A stretch of 64,000 nucleotides of DNA from Candidatus Hadarchaeota archaeon (GTDB lineage Archaea; CAYQAE01; CAYVLA01), in contig CAZUNO010000004.1 of the NCBI GenBank assembly GCA_964621445.1, positions 32,001 through 96,000 of the forward strand, in the 5' to 3' direction. Within the stretch, counting starts at the first letter, position 1; every line of letters begins with the position of its first letter. Positions 18,555 to 28,219 of the stretch are shown one piece after another. The notes beneath the pieces are model-generated. The model was not told the origin of the DNA, did no database searches, and saw only the letters and a list, made by a program, of their open reading frames with translations. The translations under genes and the position numbers were made by a program.

Positions 18555-20837
18555 TTAAAATCGAGTGCACTCGGGTCCTGGTTTCAAAAGGAAAGCCAGG
18601 AAGAATACCAGGGGGACCAGACAGAGTAGAACTGGTTCCGATATCCGGGCCTTGATACGGGCCTCCTGGCGACTTTCCGCGTTACCAGCGGCGTCCACCG
18701 ACCAATAGGAATATAGATGATCACCTTCCAGGGCAGGGAATCCGTCGATTGGATATTCAACGGGTGGAGAACCATTTATGGAGTAGTAGGTCTTATTGAT
18801 ACCTGACCCCGGCGAGGGATCCCTTCCCGATAGACGGATGATAACCGGGTACTCATGCCATTGGGGGCCACCTGAAGGTGATATGGTGGTGGTGGGAGGA
18901 TTGGTGTCCACCCTCACGACAACGGTCCTAGGTATTTCGGTGTTCCCGGCCCGGTCCTGGGACCAGTATGTATAGGTATGGTGGCCCTCAAGAGCCTGTA
19001 TTATGCTCGGACTACGAGGGTCCAGTGTCACTGTGTCTCCTCCATCTATCTGGTAAAATATTAGATCAACCCCCACCCCGGGATGAGGATCATATGGGTA
19101 GAACTTGATATTCGTGGTTTGGTTCCTCCAGGTTTTGTTGGTCCTAGGCCTTACGCTAATCCTGGTGACCGGTGGCCTTGGATTTGCCTCCACGGGTGGC
19201 GAGTAGCTTTGGTATATCTCATACTGCTTGTATTCCCAGACCACATACCCGGTTCTACACTCGGCGGTAGCGTTTATGGAATAGACCCCATCCGGAAACC
19301 CGCTAGTGTTGACGCTGCTGAATGCCCAGTATTGACCTGAGGGCCATGAGAAGTTCTTGGTCCCTGTGACCTCCTCGCGTTTGAGGTAATACGGAGGGGG
19401 CGTGGGCCAGTTCCAGGTTATCGTTGAATTAGGAGGGTCAAAACCCGTATTTTCGTTTTGGCGATCCCTCAGGTATGTAGGGTCAAATTCCAGATTTAAC
19501 CACACGGTGCTTCCCTCCTTAAAGGCACTTCTTGCAGCATCGGAGGCCTTCTCGAGGGATGTGTAGCATTCAATTGCATCGTCGACATAGAAATCCTCGC
19601 CGTGTATTAAGGCCGGGTATTTGAGGGGGTCGGGGACCGACCTGAGCTCGTATGACCCGGCGTACTCGCCGGATGGTGAGTAGAATAGGTCGGTGGGTAT
19701 CATCCCGCTCCAGGTGTAGGTATAGGTACTTCCCTCTACCACCGGATAGCCCGTGATATTCCAGCTAAGATTGGCGATGACCGCCATTTCGCTGGTATGG
19801 TTCCAGAGTCTTAATGTCAAATTGCTGACGTCCTGGTATGGGTTCCCGGGCATACCGCTGTTGATGACCGCCCTGAAAACCACCTTGAAGCTGCTGGGAT
19901 CGAACCACTGACCCTTAGTTGGATATACATCCATCTCCACGTCCACCCAATTTCTGGACAGGATCTTGAACGTTGTCGAGTTCGAGAAGTAGGTTCCATT
20001 GACCACCACCCTGTATTCATGGGTCGCATTGTAGGGGAAGAATGTAGAGTTTATGGTTACCCTATCCTGAACCGCCCATTTTCCCCCACCAGCATAGTAG
20101 ATGGGGGAGCTGCGGTTCATTATCACCTGATTTTGGGTGTCCAGCCAGAGCACGTTGGCCATCGAGCTTCCGGTATCGTTTCCCGGCGGGGATATAATCG
20201 TGGTGATGTTCAGATGCGTTGTCTGGGTGCCTCCATCGATATAGAAAGGCTCATCCCTGCCCAACTGGTCCTCAAGGTATATCGAGGAGTTATATTCCGG
20301 AACCTTGAAGAACATCCACTGCACCGCCGGGTTCCCGGCCGGATGGTCCCAGTGGGAGCCGTTGCCAGGACCGGTCTCATTTATCCTGACCTGGTAGTCA
20401 CCGGGTATCCCCTGGGGGTCAAAGGTGGAAAGGAAGAGCTGGTAGGTCTGTCCGCCAGAGCTCTGGTTGGTTTGGGCGGATATGGTGTTGGACCACAGGG
20501 GCGTGGTTCCTGGAAAAAGGTGGCCGGATGAATTGAATCCGCTGGCCGCGCTTGAGTTATGATACACAAGAAACGTTACGTTGAATGCACCGGTGTCCTG
20601 CTCTGTTCGAACCACGTAGGCCAGGTTGCATTCCGAGAACAGGTATTGAAGTTCTAGTTGGTTACTTACCGTATCGTTATACTGTTTCCAATTTGAAGCG
20701 TCGGTTCCCTTCTCCTTTATCCAGGCGTATTCCTCGATCTGGTAATCGGGGGGAGGCGGTGTGGAGGCCGAGATTGATATCAAGACGCTAATTAGCAGGG
20801 CAACCATAATGAGTACCATAAAGGACTTCGCGGCCAT
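18555..20837 (-). CDS. secreted cell-surface glycoprotein with Ig-like repeats and C-terminal anchor
   Basis: Signal peptide; more than 20 N-x-S/T sequons counted by eye; two C-terminal repeats ending YWS.D.AGN.E; ISE motif then TM helix. Confidence 0.8.
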   Translation of the reverse strand: MAAKSFMVLIMVALLISVLISISASTPPPPDYQIEEYAWIKEKGTDASNWKQYNDTVSNQLELQYLFSECNLAYVVRTEQDTGAFNVTFLVYHNSSAASGFNSSGHLFPGTTPLWSNTISAQTNQSSGGQTYQLFLSTFDPQGIPGDYQVRINETGPGNGSHWDHPAGNPAVQWMFFKVPEYNSSIYLEDQLGRDEPFYIDGGTQTTHLNITTIISPPGNDTGSSMANVLWLDTQNQVIMNRSSPIYYAGGGKWAVQDRVTINSTFFPYNATHEYRVVVNGTYFSNSTTFKILSRNWVDVEMDVYPTKGQWFDPSSFKVVFRAVINSGMPGNPYQDVSNLTLRLWNHTSEMAVIANLSWNITGYPVVEGSTYTYTWSGMIPTDLFYSPSGEYAGSYELRSVPDPLKYPALIHGEDFYVDDAIECYTSLEKASDAARSAFKEGSTVWLNLEFDPTYLRDRQNENTGFDPPNSTITWNWPTPPPYYLKREEVTGTKNFSWPSGQYWAFSSVNTSGFPDGVYSINATAECRTGYVVWEYKQYEIYQSYSPPVEANPRPPVTRISVRPRTNKTWRNQTTNIKFYPYDPHPGVGVDLIFYQIDGGDTVTLDPRSPSIIQALEGHHTYTYWSQDRAGNTEIPRTVVVRVDTNPPTTTISPSGGPQWHEYPVIIRLSGRDPSPGSGINKTYYSINGSPPVEYPIDGFPALEGDHLYSYWSVDAAGNAESRQEARIKARISEPVLLCLVPLVFFLAFLLKPGPECTRF
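18640..19175 (-). repeat. two tandem ~90-aa Ig-like (OmpL47/chitobiase-C-like) repeats inside the surface protein
   Basis: PPVTRIS..DPHPGVGV..YQIDG..ALEGHHTYTYWSQDRAGNTE versus PPTTTIS..DPSPGSGI..YSING..ALEGDHLYSYWSVDAAGNAE. Confidence 0.8.
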
Positions 20838-20961
20838 GGAGGAATGGATCTCCCGGTGTTTTGCACCATCATACCCTTGGCTAACGTAGATGATAAAGCC
20901 TTTCTCCCTGGCAGGGTGTTTCCATTTGATTCGTGCCTTCTGGCTATGGTTTTCGCAAAAC

Positions 20962-22401
20962 CTACGGGAAGTCAGAGGGCAGCTGGACCCTATCGCCCGT
21001 CTTTTCTTGCCAATCCAGGATTTTCTCCCTGAGCTCCAGCATCAGGTCGGCGTTATCCTTGCGGTGTGCCAGATTTTCGGTCTCCCACGGGTCATCCCGG
21101 AGGTTGTATAGCTCGTGTTCTCCCATGGGTGAGCAGTTGAACTTCCAGCCCTCAGGGGTGATGACCGTTCTGATGGGGTCCTCAACCGCGGTCTTGGCCC
21201 TTTCCCGGGTTATTCCCTCCAGGGACATCTTCCCAACCCCGGTGTTGCGGCCATTCCACTCCACAAATACGTCGTCCTGAACCTCGACATCGCCTTCCAT
21301 GGCCGGCTTCAAGCTCTTGCCCTGCATATCTCCGGGGATCTTCTCCCCCATTATGTCCAGAAGGGTGGGAAGCAGGTCTATCTGGCTTACGGGATTCTCT
21401 ATGGTCTTTGACTCCTTTTGTCCCGGCATCTTGACTATCATGGGGACCTTGAGGGCCTCCTCGTACATCACGGTCTTGGCAAGCAGACGGTGGCTACCCA
21501 TCATATCCCCGTGATCCGAGGTGAAGACGACGATGGTGTCATCGTATAGATCGCACTCCTTAAGGGTGTCGATTATCTTCCCCGAGTAGGTATCCACTAG
21601 GCTACAAAGGCCCCAGTAATTGGCGATGAGCTGACGCCAGCTCTCCTCGGATTTAAGCGAATAGCTGGAGAACCCCTTGTCCCTGTAGGTGGTGAATATG
21701 GATTGGGGTTTTGGGTGGTTATCCTCGGTTGGAGGGTTGTCGAAGTTGGGAGGAAGATCCACATCCTCAGCATTGTACTGATCGTTTCTGGGGCTCTGGA
21801 AAGGCATATGGGGTTCAAGAAAATTCACGAAAAGGACGAAGTCCTCGTCCTGGTTCTCCCGGATGAACCTTGAGGCCTCCCGAGCCAGGTATGCTGGTTT
21901 TCCGTACCTCTCGGGCAGCAAAGCGCAGGTTCCCCTAGAGAAGCGATCGCCGTTCCTGGGCTGGAAGCCTTGCTCAACTAGGAAATGGTAGTAGGTGGAG
22001 CGGGCGTCCTGGTCCTTGTCCGGCCTGTAATACTTGGCATATCCGTCCTCGATGCTGCGCCATTCGTCAAATCCGTGCTGATTGAATATCTCGTCCCCAA
22101 GGTGCCATTTTCCATGGTAGCCGGATACGTATTTGCCATCCGGTAGCATCTCAGGTATGCAGTCCACATCCTTGGGGAGGGGTATGTTATTGGCGAGACA
22201 ACCGTTGGTGTGCGGATAGAGACCGCTTAGAAGAGTGGACCTGGAAGGGGTGCACACCGGCTGGGTGACATATGATTTTTCGAACACGCAACCATGGGAG
22301 GCCAGTCTGTTTAGGTTGGGCATTTCGATTTTACTGTTGCCGTAGGCCGCAAGGGTGTTGAATTTCTGCTCATCCGTAAACAGAAATAAAAGGTTTGGCA
22401 T
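20962..22401 (-). CDS. sulfatase (choline-sulfatase-like subfamily)
   Basis: PNLLFLFTDE, CTPSRS, GKWHLG, TSDHGDMMG, ELYNLRDDPWE. Confidence 0.92.
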   Translation of the reverse strand: MPNLLFLFTDEQKFNTLAAYGNSKIEMPNLNRLASHGCVFEKSYVTQPVCTPSRSTLLSGLYPHTNGCLANNIPLPKDVDCIPEMLPDGKYVSGYHGKWHLGDEIFNQHGFDEWRSIEDGYAKYYRPDKDQDARSTYYHFLVEQGFQPRNGDRFSRGTCALLPERYGKPAYLAREASRFIRENQDEDFVLFVNFLEPHMPFQSPRNDQYNAEDVDLPPNFDNPPTEDNHPKPQSIFTTYRDKGFSSYSLKSEESWRQLIANYWGLCSLVDTYSGKIIDTLKECDLYDDTIVVFTSDHGDMMGSHRLLAKTVMYEEALKVPMIVKMPGQKESKTIENPVSQIDLLPTLLDIMGEKIPGDMQGKSLKPAMEGDVEVQDDVFVEWNGRNTGVGKMSLEGITRERAKTAVEDPIRTVITPEGWKFNCSPMGEHELYNLRDDPWETENLAHRKDNADLMLELREKILDWQEKTGDRVQLPSDFP

Positions 22402-22486
22402 GGGAATTCAAGAACCCACAGAACAACGTTGCACTTATATGTTTAAGGGATCCCAAGCAGGGTCATACAATTCCCGGCAAGGGCAT

Positions 22487-23431
22487 ATGGAAGGCGCTAA
22501 GATGATTAACAAGGGTAATGAGCAGGCTTGGTCACAATACGTGACGGTGATGAGGCCCGATAAGGACGAGCCCGACTGGTGGGCAGGAGCCCCCTCCATT
22601 GCCATGGGTCCCGATGGAAGGACCTTCATGGCGGTCAGAATGAGGGAGGCTCTCTCTCCTCGTGGCAGAAGAGGATATGAGGTACGGATTCTAGACAGCG
22701 ATGACGGAATCGCTTTCAATAAAAATAAGGGGTTGAAGCGGGAGGATGTGCCAATCGAGGGCTTCGAGAGGCCATCCTTGCTTTACAACTCAGTGATGGA
22801 CAAGTTTCGAATATATCTTTGCGGTCCGTGGCCCTACGAGGGAGAGGGAAATTGGTGTATTCTCAGGCTGGAGGATGTAGCCGACCCCGGTGACTTCGAT
22901 CCCTCCACCGCGCGGCCCGTTCTCTGTCCCGACCCCCCGCAGGGCGAGCGGGATTACGGGGTGAAGGGGTACAAGGATCCTTTCGTTTGGTTTGATGGGG
23001 AACGCTACCACATGTTGGTGATAGGCTACCACCCGGAAAGGACCTACCAATTCATATCCGAAGACGGTGATGATTGGAAAAGAGTTGGCGATGGACCGTG
23101 GTTCGATCTCGGAGGATGGCACACCTTCTACACCCGGCCGGCATGTATACTTCCCATGGGGGCGGGCTGGCTCTTGGTGTACGAGGGTTCCCACCCGGAG
23201 TGGTTTGACCCTCCCTACAACATAGCCACCGGCCTGGCCTGGACCCCTGATATGAGGTCGGTGGTGGACTTGACGCCCGAAAGTCCCTATCTAAAGAGCT
23301 CGACGCCCGGTCGTTACCACACCTGGAGATATTCCTACTGGATGTGGAGGGAGAGCAGACTCTGGGTCTACGCGGAGGCAGCATGCCCCAACGACACCAA
23401 CGAGGTCAGGCTTTACAGATTGGACCTATAA
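22487..23431 (+). CDS. five-bladed beta-propeller glycoside hydrolase-like protein
   Basis: WWAGAPS, ERPSL, YKDPFV, SEDGDDW, TWRY blade-like motifs; start uncertain (22487 or 22502). Confidence 0.6.
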   Translation: MEGAKMINKGNEQAWSQYVTVMRPDKDEPDWWAGAPSIAMGPDGRTFMAVRMREALSPRGRRGYEVRILDSDDGIAFNKNKGLKREDVPIEGFERPSLLYNSVMDKFRIYLCGPWPYEGEGNWCILRLEDVADPGDFDPSTARPVLCPDPPQGERDYGVKGYKDPFVWFDGERYHMLVIGYHPERTYQFISEDGDDWKRVGDGPWFDLGGWHTFYTRPACILPMGAGWLLVYEGSHPEWFDPPYNIATGLAWTPDMRSVVDLTPESPYLKSSTPGRYHTWRYSYWMWRESRLWVYAEAACPNDTNEVRLYRLDL

Positions 23432-23450
23432 TGCGATAATATAGCGGGGG

Positions 23451-24938
23451 TTAATTGCACCTGGTCCACCAGGAGTGGTACTCGGAGTTCAATTCCCCAA
23501 CGATCTTTGGGTGTTTATCGGCCAGGTTATTAGTTTCCGTCCTGTCCTTTTCCATATCGTAGAGCTCCCAGCCGCTCTGTCCCTCGACAACGATCTTCCA
23601 CCTTCCCTTTCTAACGGCGCGGCCGCGTCTCCATTGGAAGTTCAGGGGGCCACGTTCCGGAATCCTTTCACCTTTTAGAATGGGCACCAAGCTGACCCCC
23701 TCTGGGGGCAGTACCTTTTCATCACCCCTCTTCTTGGGGTAGCTGGCCCGGGCCACCTCGGTGAGGGTAGGCATGATGTCTATGAAGTGGCAGGGCTGGT
23801 GGTTGAATCTGCCCGAGTCGGATATCCCATTGGGCCAGTTAGCTATCAGTGGAGTGCAGATACCGCCCTGGAAGCTGTAATTCTTGTAAAATCGATAAGG
23901 CGTGTTGCTCACATTGGCCCAGTCGGGACCTAGCGATGTCCACCGGCTTATGGACCCTATGGGCCCATAGTCATTTTCCAGGTGTACCACCTCTGCGGAG
24001 CACCCGTTATCGGAGGCGAAGATTACCAAGGTGTTGTCCTCCTCCCCCATTTCCCGTATTTTGTCCAGCACCTTTCCTATATTCTGGTCCATGCGGTCTA
24101 TCATGGCCGCGTAGACAGCCATCTTGAGGGCTTCATCCTCCTTCTCGTCCGGTTCAAGGGAGTTCCATAATTTGTAACCTGGATCCGAAAGAGGCCAGGA
24201 TTCATCGATAAGACCCATATCTCTCTGCCGTTCGTATCTCCGGGCCCTTATCTCCCCGTATCCAACCGTGTATTCATCCCGGTACTTCTCAATATCCCGG
24301 GGCCAGGCCTGTAGCGGGTCGTGGGGAGCGGTGAATGGGAGGTAAAGGAAGAAGGGGTTTCCCTGATGGTCCTCTTGGTGCTGGTCCAGAAATTTCAGGG
24401 CATATTTACCAAAGTAATCCGTGGTATAGAAATCCCTCTTCTCGGGCGTGTAGGGTTGCAGGGTCTTATCCTCTATACACCAGTAGCGGGCGGCTGGTTT
24501 CTTCTGGGCTGGCAAGGGTTCGCCTGCCCTGGGCCTTCCCGGGTTGAAGTAGTTGCAGCATCCGTCCCGAAGACCAAAGTAGTGGTCAAATCCCCTGTGG
24601 ATCAGGTTTTCCTTGTTGTGGTGCTTTCCTGACGCGTAGGTCTGGTATCCGGAGCTTCCGAGAACCTCCCCCAGGGTAACGGCGTTTTGAAAGGGCTCCT
24701 GGCCACCGCCAACCTGGTGGTGGTAAAGCCCGGTCAATAGACAGGCACGCGAAGGAGCGCACTTCGAGGTGTTGTGAGCCTGGGTGAATCTTACCCCATT
24801 CTCCCCCAGCTTATTCAGATTTGGGGTATCGATCTCGCCCCCATAACAGCCGATATCCGACCAACCCAGGTCATCGGCAAGTATAACTAGTATATTCGGC
24901 CTGTTCCCGTCCCCTAGGGAGCTATTGTCATCGCTCAT
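23451..24938 (-). CDS. arylsulfatase (AtsA-like)
   Basis: PNILVILADDLG, CAPSRA, TAPHDPLQA, SDNG, WELYDMEKDRTE; start taken at MSDD (24938). Confidence 0.93.
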   Translation of the reverse strand: MSDDNSSLGDGNRPNILVILADDLGWSDIGCYGGEIDTPNLNKLGENGVRFTQAHNTSKCAPSRACLLTGLYHHQVGGGQEPFQNAVTLGEVLGSSGYQTYASGKHHNKENLIHRGFDHYFGLRDGCCNYFNPGRPRAGEPLPAQKKPAARYWCIEDKTLQPYTPEKRDFYTTDYFGKYALKFLDQHQEDHQGNPFFLYLPFTAPHDPLQAWPRDIEKYRDEYTVGYGEIRARRYERQRDMGLIDESWPLSDPGYKLWNSLEPDEKEDEALKMAVYAAMIDRMDQNIGKVLDKIREMGEEDNTLVIFASDNGCSAEVVHLENDYGPIGSISRWTSLGPDWANVSNTPYRFYKNYSFQGGICTPLIANWPNGISDSGRFNHQPCHFIDIMPTLTEVARASYPKKRGDEKVLPPEGVSLVPILKGERIPERGPLNFQWRRGRAVRKGRWKIVVEGQSGWELYDMEKDRTETNNLADKHPKIVGELNSEYHSWWTRCN

Positions 24939-25041
24939 GTGGCATGTTTTGTGGGGTTGAATCTTAAATCTCACTTGAGTTGCCTCGGATGAGAGATATA
25001 TATGACCGGGGGTGGAGGTAGTGGTAAGCGGTGAAGGACAC

Positions 25042-27075
25042 ATGCCCGCCCAGAGAACCATAGTAACCTCAGCATTACCATACGCAAACGGCGACATACA
25101 TTTGGGCCATCTATGCAGTACCTATATCCCCGCGGATGTTTACACCCGGTTCCTGAGGATATCTGGTCACGAGGTGGTATACGTCTGTGGGGCCGACGAA
25201 CATGGTACTCCGATAGAGATGTCGGCCAGGGAGAGGGGAATGGACCCCAGCGATCATGCTAGTTACTTCCGGCAGAGACAGCTCAATGATCTGGAGAGCA
25301 TGAACATCGAGTTTGATAACTACCACCGGACCCACTCCGAGCAGAACAGGATAATGACCGAGAACTTTCTCCTAAAGATGAGGGAGAACGGGTATATAGA
25401 TTCACGGGAAGTGGAATCCTATTACTGTGAAATTGATGATAAGTATCTCCCGGACCGATTTGTACTGGGTACCTGTCCCTATTGCGGCGCGGATGATCAG
25501 TATAGCGACGTATGTGAGAAATGTCAAAGGGCCCTGGAGCCGGGGGAGATCAAGAACCCGAGATGCGCGATTTGCGGGCAGCCCCCGGTTACCCGAAGCA
25601 CCAGGCACTTCTTCTTCAGACTATCGGATTTCTCGGAAAATCTGAAACAGTGGCTTGGGAACAAACCGAGCCAGGATTTTCCCTCAGGCGTAGTTAACCA
25701 CATACTGGGTTGGATTAAGGGCGGTCTGAAGGACTGGGATATAACCCGTGAGGATTATTGGGGATTCAAGCTTCCATATCCCGATGCCAGCGAGGAGCAA
25801 TATGCATATGTGTGGGTGGACGCTCCCATATGCTATTTCTCGTCCTTCATAGAATGGGCAAGGAGACAGGATTCCAGCCAGGAGAAGTGGCTGGAAGATC
25901 CGGATACCCGACTGGTTCATTTCATCGGCAAGGACATAATTCAACATCATCTGATATTCTGGCCGGCAATGCTCATGGCGGTTGGGAAGTACGTGCTCCC
26001 AAGCAAATACGTGGTTAACGGGTATATCTCTCTGGAAGGCAGGAAGATGAGCAAGAGCAGGGGCTGGTATATCCCGGTCCAGAGATCGGTTTCCCGGTAC
26101 CCAGCGGATTACCTTCGGTTCTATCTCTCATACAAGGCATCAAACTCCATGGTGGACTCCAACTTCAGCTGGGAGGAGTTCCAGGATAGGGTCAACAAGG
26201 AGCTGGCTGACAACATCGGAAACTTCGTTCACCGAGTATTCACCTTCACCTACAATAACTTTGGGGGAAAGATACCACAGCCCGCGGAATTAAATGAGAG
26301 GGATCGGGAATTCGATAACCACCGGAGGAAGATGTCGGAAAGGCTCAGGGAGCATTACCGGAGCTGTAAGTCATCAAGGGTTGTGCAGACCCTGGTAGAG
26401 GACTTCATGGTGGCAAACCGTTATTTCAACGATAAGAAGCCCTGGAAGGCGGTCAAGACCAGTCGCTCTGATGCGGCCACCACACTCTATCTCTGCCTTG
26501 AGTTCTTGAGAACTGCCACTGCCTTCCTCTACCCAATCATACCCGAGACTGCGGAGAAGATATGGTTTCATCTGGGGCAGGAGGTGTCGATTTCCAGGTG
26601 CCATCCCCTCTCCGAAGGGAGCACGGTAAGCATCACTCCCGGAAATGAGATACCGGAACCCGTACCTCTTATCGAAAAGATAGAGGACGATAAGATTGAA
26701 GAGGAGTCGAAGTGGCTTGAAGGAGAACATGAGGAGGAGAAGCAGGTGAAGGAAGATCTGATTGATATAAAGGATTTCAAGAATCTGGACATTCGAATAG
26801 GAAAGGTATTGGATGTAGAGGAGGTCGAGGGTTCCCGGAACCTGCTAAAGCTAACCGTGGACATGGGCGAGGAAAGAACCCTGGTCGCGGGACTTGCCGG
26901 GCACTACGGACCAGACGAGCTGATAGGGCGCAGCATCACCGTGCTGACCAACCTCAAACCCGCCAAGATATTCGGCGTGGAGTCCCAGGGGATGCTGTTG
27001 GCAGCGGTGGATGGTGACCGGGTTTCGGTTCTGGTGCCCGATAAGGACGTGTCGCCGGGGACTGGGATTGAGTAA
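25042..27075 (+). CDS. metG: methionine--tRNA ligase with C-terminal tRNA-binding domain
   Basis: TSALPYANGDIHLGH (HIGH), Zn knuckles CPYC/CEKC/CAIC, KMSKS, C-terminal LDIRIG..SQGMLLA. Confidence 0.97.
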   Translation: MPAQRTIVTSALPYANGDIHLGHLCSTYIPADVYTRFLRISGHEVVYVCGADEHGTPIEMSARERGMDPSDHASYFRQRQLNDLESMNIEFDNYHRTHSEQNRIMTENFLLKMRENGYIDSREVESYYCEIDDKYLPDRFVLGTCPYCGADDQYSDVCEKCQRALEPGEIKNPRCAICGQPPVTRSTRHFFFRLSDFSENLKQWLGNKPSQDFPSGVVNHILGWIKGGLKDWDITREDYWGFKLPYPDASEEQYAYVWVDAPICYFSSFIEWARRQDSSQEKWLEDPDTRLVHFIGKDIIQHHLIFWPAMLMAVGKYVLPSKYVVNGYISLEGRKMSKSRGWYIPVQRSVSRYPADYLRFYLSYKASNSMVDSNFSWEEFQDRVNKELADNIGNFVHRVFTFTYNNFGGKIPQPAELNERDREFDNHRRKMSERLREHYRSCKSSRVVQTLVEDFMVANRYFNDKKPWKAVKTSRSDAATTLYLCLEFLRTATAFLYPIIPETAEKIWFHLGQEVSISRCHPLSEGSTVSITPGNEIPEPVPLIEKIEDDKIEEESKWLEGEHEEEKQVKEDLIDIKDFKNLDIRIGKVLDVEEVEGSRNLLKLTVDMGEERTLVAGLAGHYGPDELIGRSITVLTNLKPAKIFGVESQGMLLAAVDGDRVSVLVPDKDVSPGTGIE

Positions 27076-27727
27076 GGGACTCGAATATGACATGCACGTT
27101 CACACCCATTACTCCAGGGATGGTAGGGATTCACCTCGCGCTATGGTGTGCGCGGCCTCGAAAGCGGGCCTGGCCGGAATTGCAATAACGGACCACAACA
27201 CCCAGGATGGTATTAGGGAGGCCGTGGAAGCTGGCGAGGAGTTCGGAGTGGAGGTAATACCCGGAATCGAGGTGTCATGCCTGGAAGGCCATGTTCTGCT
27301 ATATGGAAGTCCCAGCTTCGATCTTCCCGGTGAAAGGACCGTCTCCGGCGTAATCCAGGCGGCGAGGTCCAGCATGCCTGGGTGCCTGGTGGCCGTGGCC
27401 CATCCATTTGATTTGCACCGATCGGGAATGGGCTGGAAGGCCAAGGACTACGATTTCGATGCGGTTGAAACGGTAAACTCTCGTTCCTTGGTCCCTCGCA
27501 GCATGGTGCTACCTCTTTGTCGTGAGATGGACGTGGGTGAAATCGGTGGCTCCGATGCTCATAGCGTTCATGCGGTGGGCAAGGGAAGGACCATAGTCTC
27601 TTCTAGAAGCGGTAACCTATTGGAACGAATGGAAAGTTCTGCCCGGGTCAGGGGTGGTCTTGACGCGATAAGCTTATTCGTACCCATGATGGAAAGGATG
27701 GTTGGAGATGGAAGAATACGTGGATGA
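27068..27727 (+). CDS. PHP domain metal-dependent phosphoesterase
   Basis: DMHVHT, ITDHN, GIEVS, AHP, GGSDAH; overlaps the metG stop. Confidence 0.9.
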   Translation: MSKGLEYDMHVHTHYSRDGRDSPRAMVCAASKAGLAGIAITDHNTQDGIREAVEAGEEFGVEVIPGIEVSCLEGHVLLYGSPSFDLPGERTVSGVIQAARSSMPGCLVAVAHPFDLHRSGMGWKAKDYDFDAVETVNSRSLVPRSMVLPLCREMDVGEIGGSDAHSVHAVGKGRTIVSSRSGNLLERMESSARVRGGLDAISLFVPMMERMVGDGRIRG

Positions 27728-28214
27728 GATTAGGGAAAGGGTTTCCGAGATCAGGATCGTGGGGGTAGGGGACGCGGACTTGGGAAACGTGGACGATCTG
27801 CTCTCCAATCTCCTTGATCTTGGCGATTTCCAGATCCTGGATGGGAATATGGTGTTGGGCAGGGAGCACGTTAGGTTCGCGGTAATGGAGGCGGTCAGGT
27901 GCTACCTGAGGGGAGAGTCAATAACCGAAAGCCTTAGCATGGAGGTCCTGGTGAAAGCGGCCTGCACCACCCAGATATCGGATGCCATAGATCTTCTCGG
28001 GGTGAAGCGGAGCAGCACCAATCTGGTACTGGTGGGGATTGATGTATCGGAAAAGGATCTGGAAAAGGCAGTCAGCCTGACAAGGGGACATTTGTCGGAA
28101 GGATCATTCATGGCGAATCCGGAAAAGAAAACGAGGTTAAGGAAGAGCCTGGGGTTATCGGAACCTCTGGAGAAATCCTTGATAGAAAGGATCGCCATGT
28201 CCGGAATACGCTAG
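27708..28214 (+). CDS. cgi121: KEOPS complex subunit Cgi121
   Basis: FQILDG..GREHV..A, SLSMEVLVKAACTTQISDAIDLLGV, C-terminal LIERIAM. Confidence 0.85.
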   Translation: MEEYVDEIRERVSEIRIVGVGDADLGNVDDLLSNLLDLGDFQILDGNMVLGREHVRFAVMEAVRCYLRGESITESLSMEVLVKAACTTQISDAIDLLGVKRSSTNLVLVGIDVSEKDLEKAVSLTRGHLSEGSFMANPEKKTRLRKSLGLSEPLEKSLIERIAMSGIR

Positions 28215-28219
28215 TAAGC

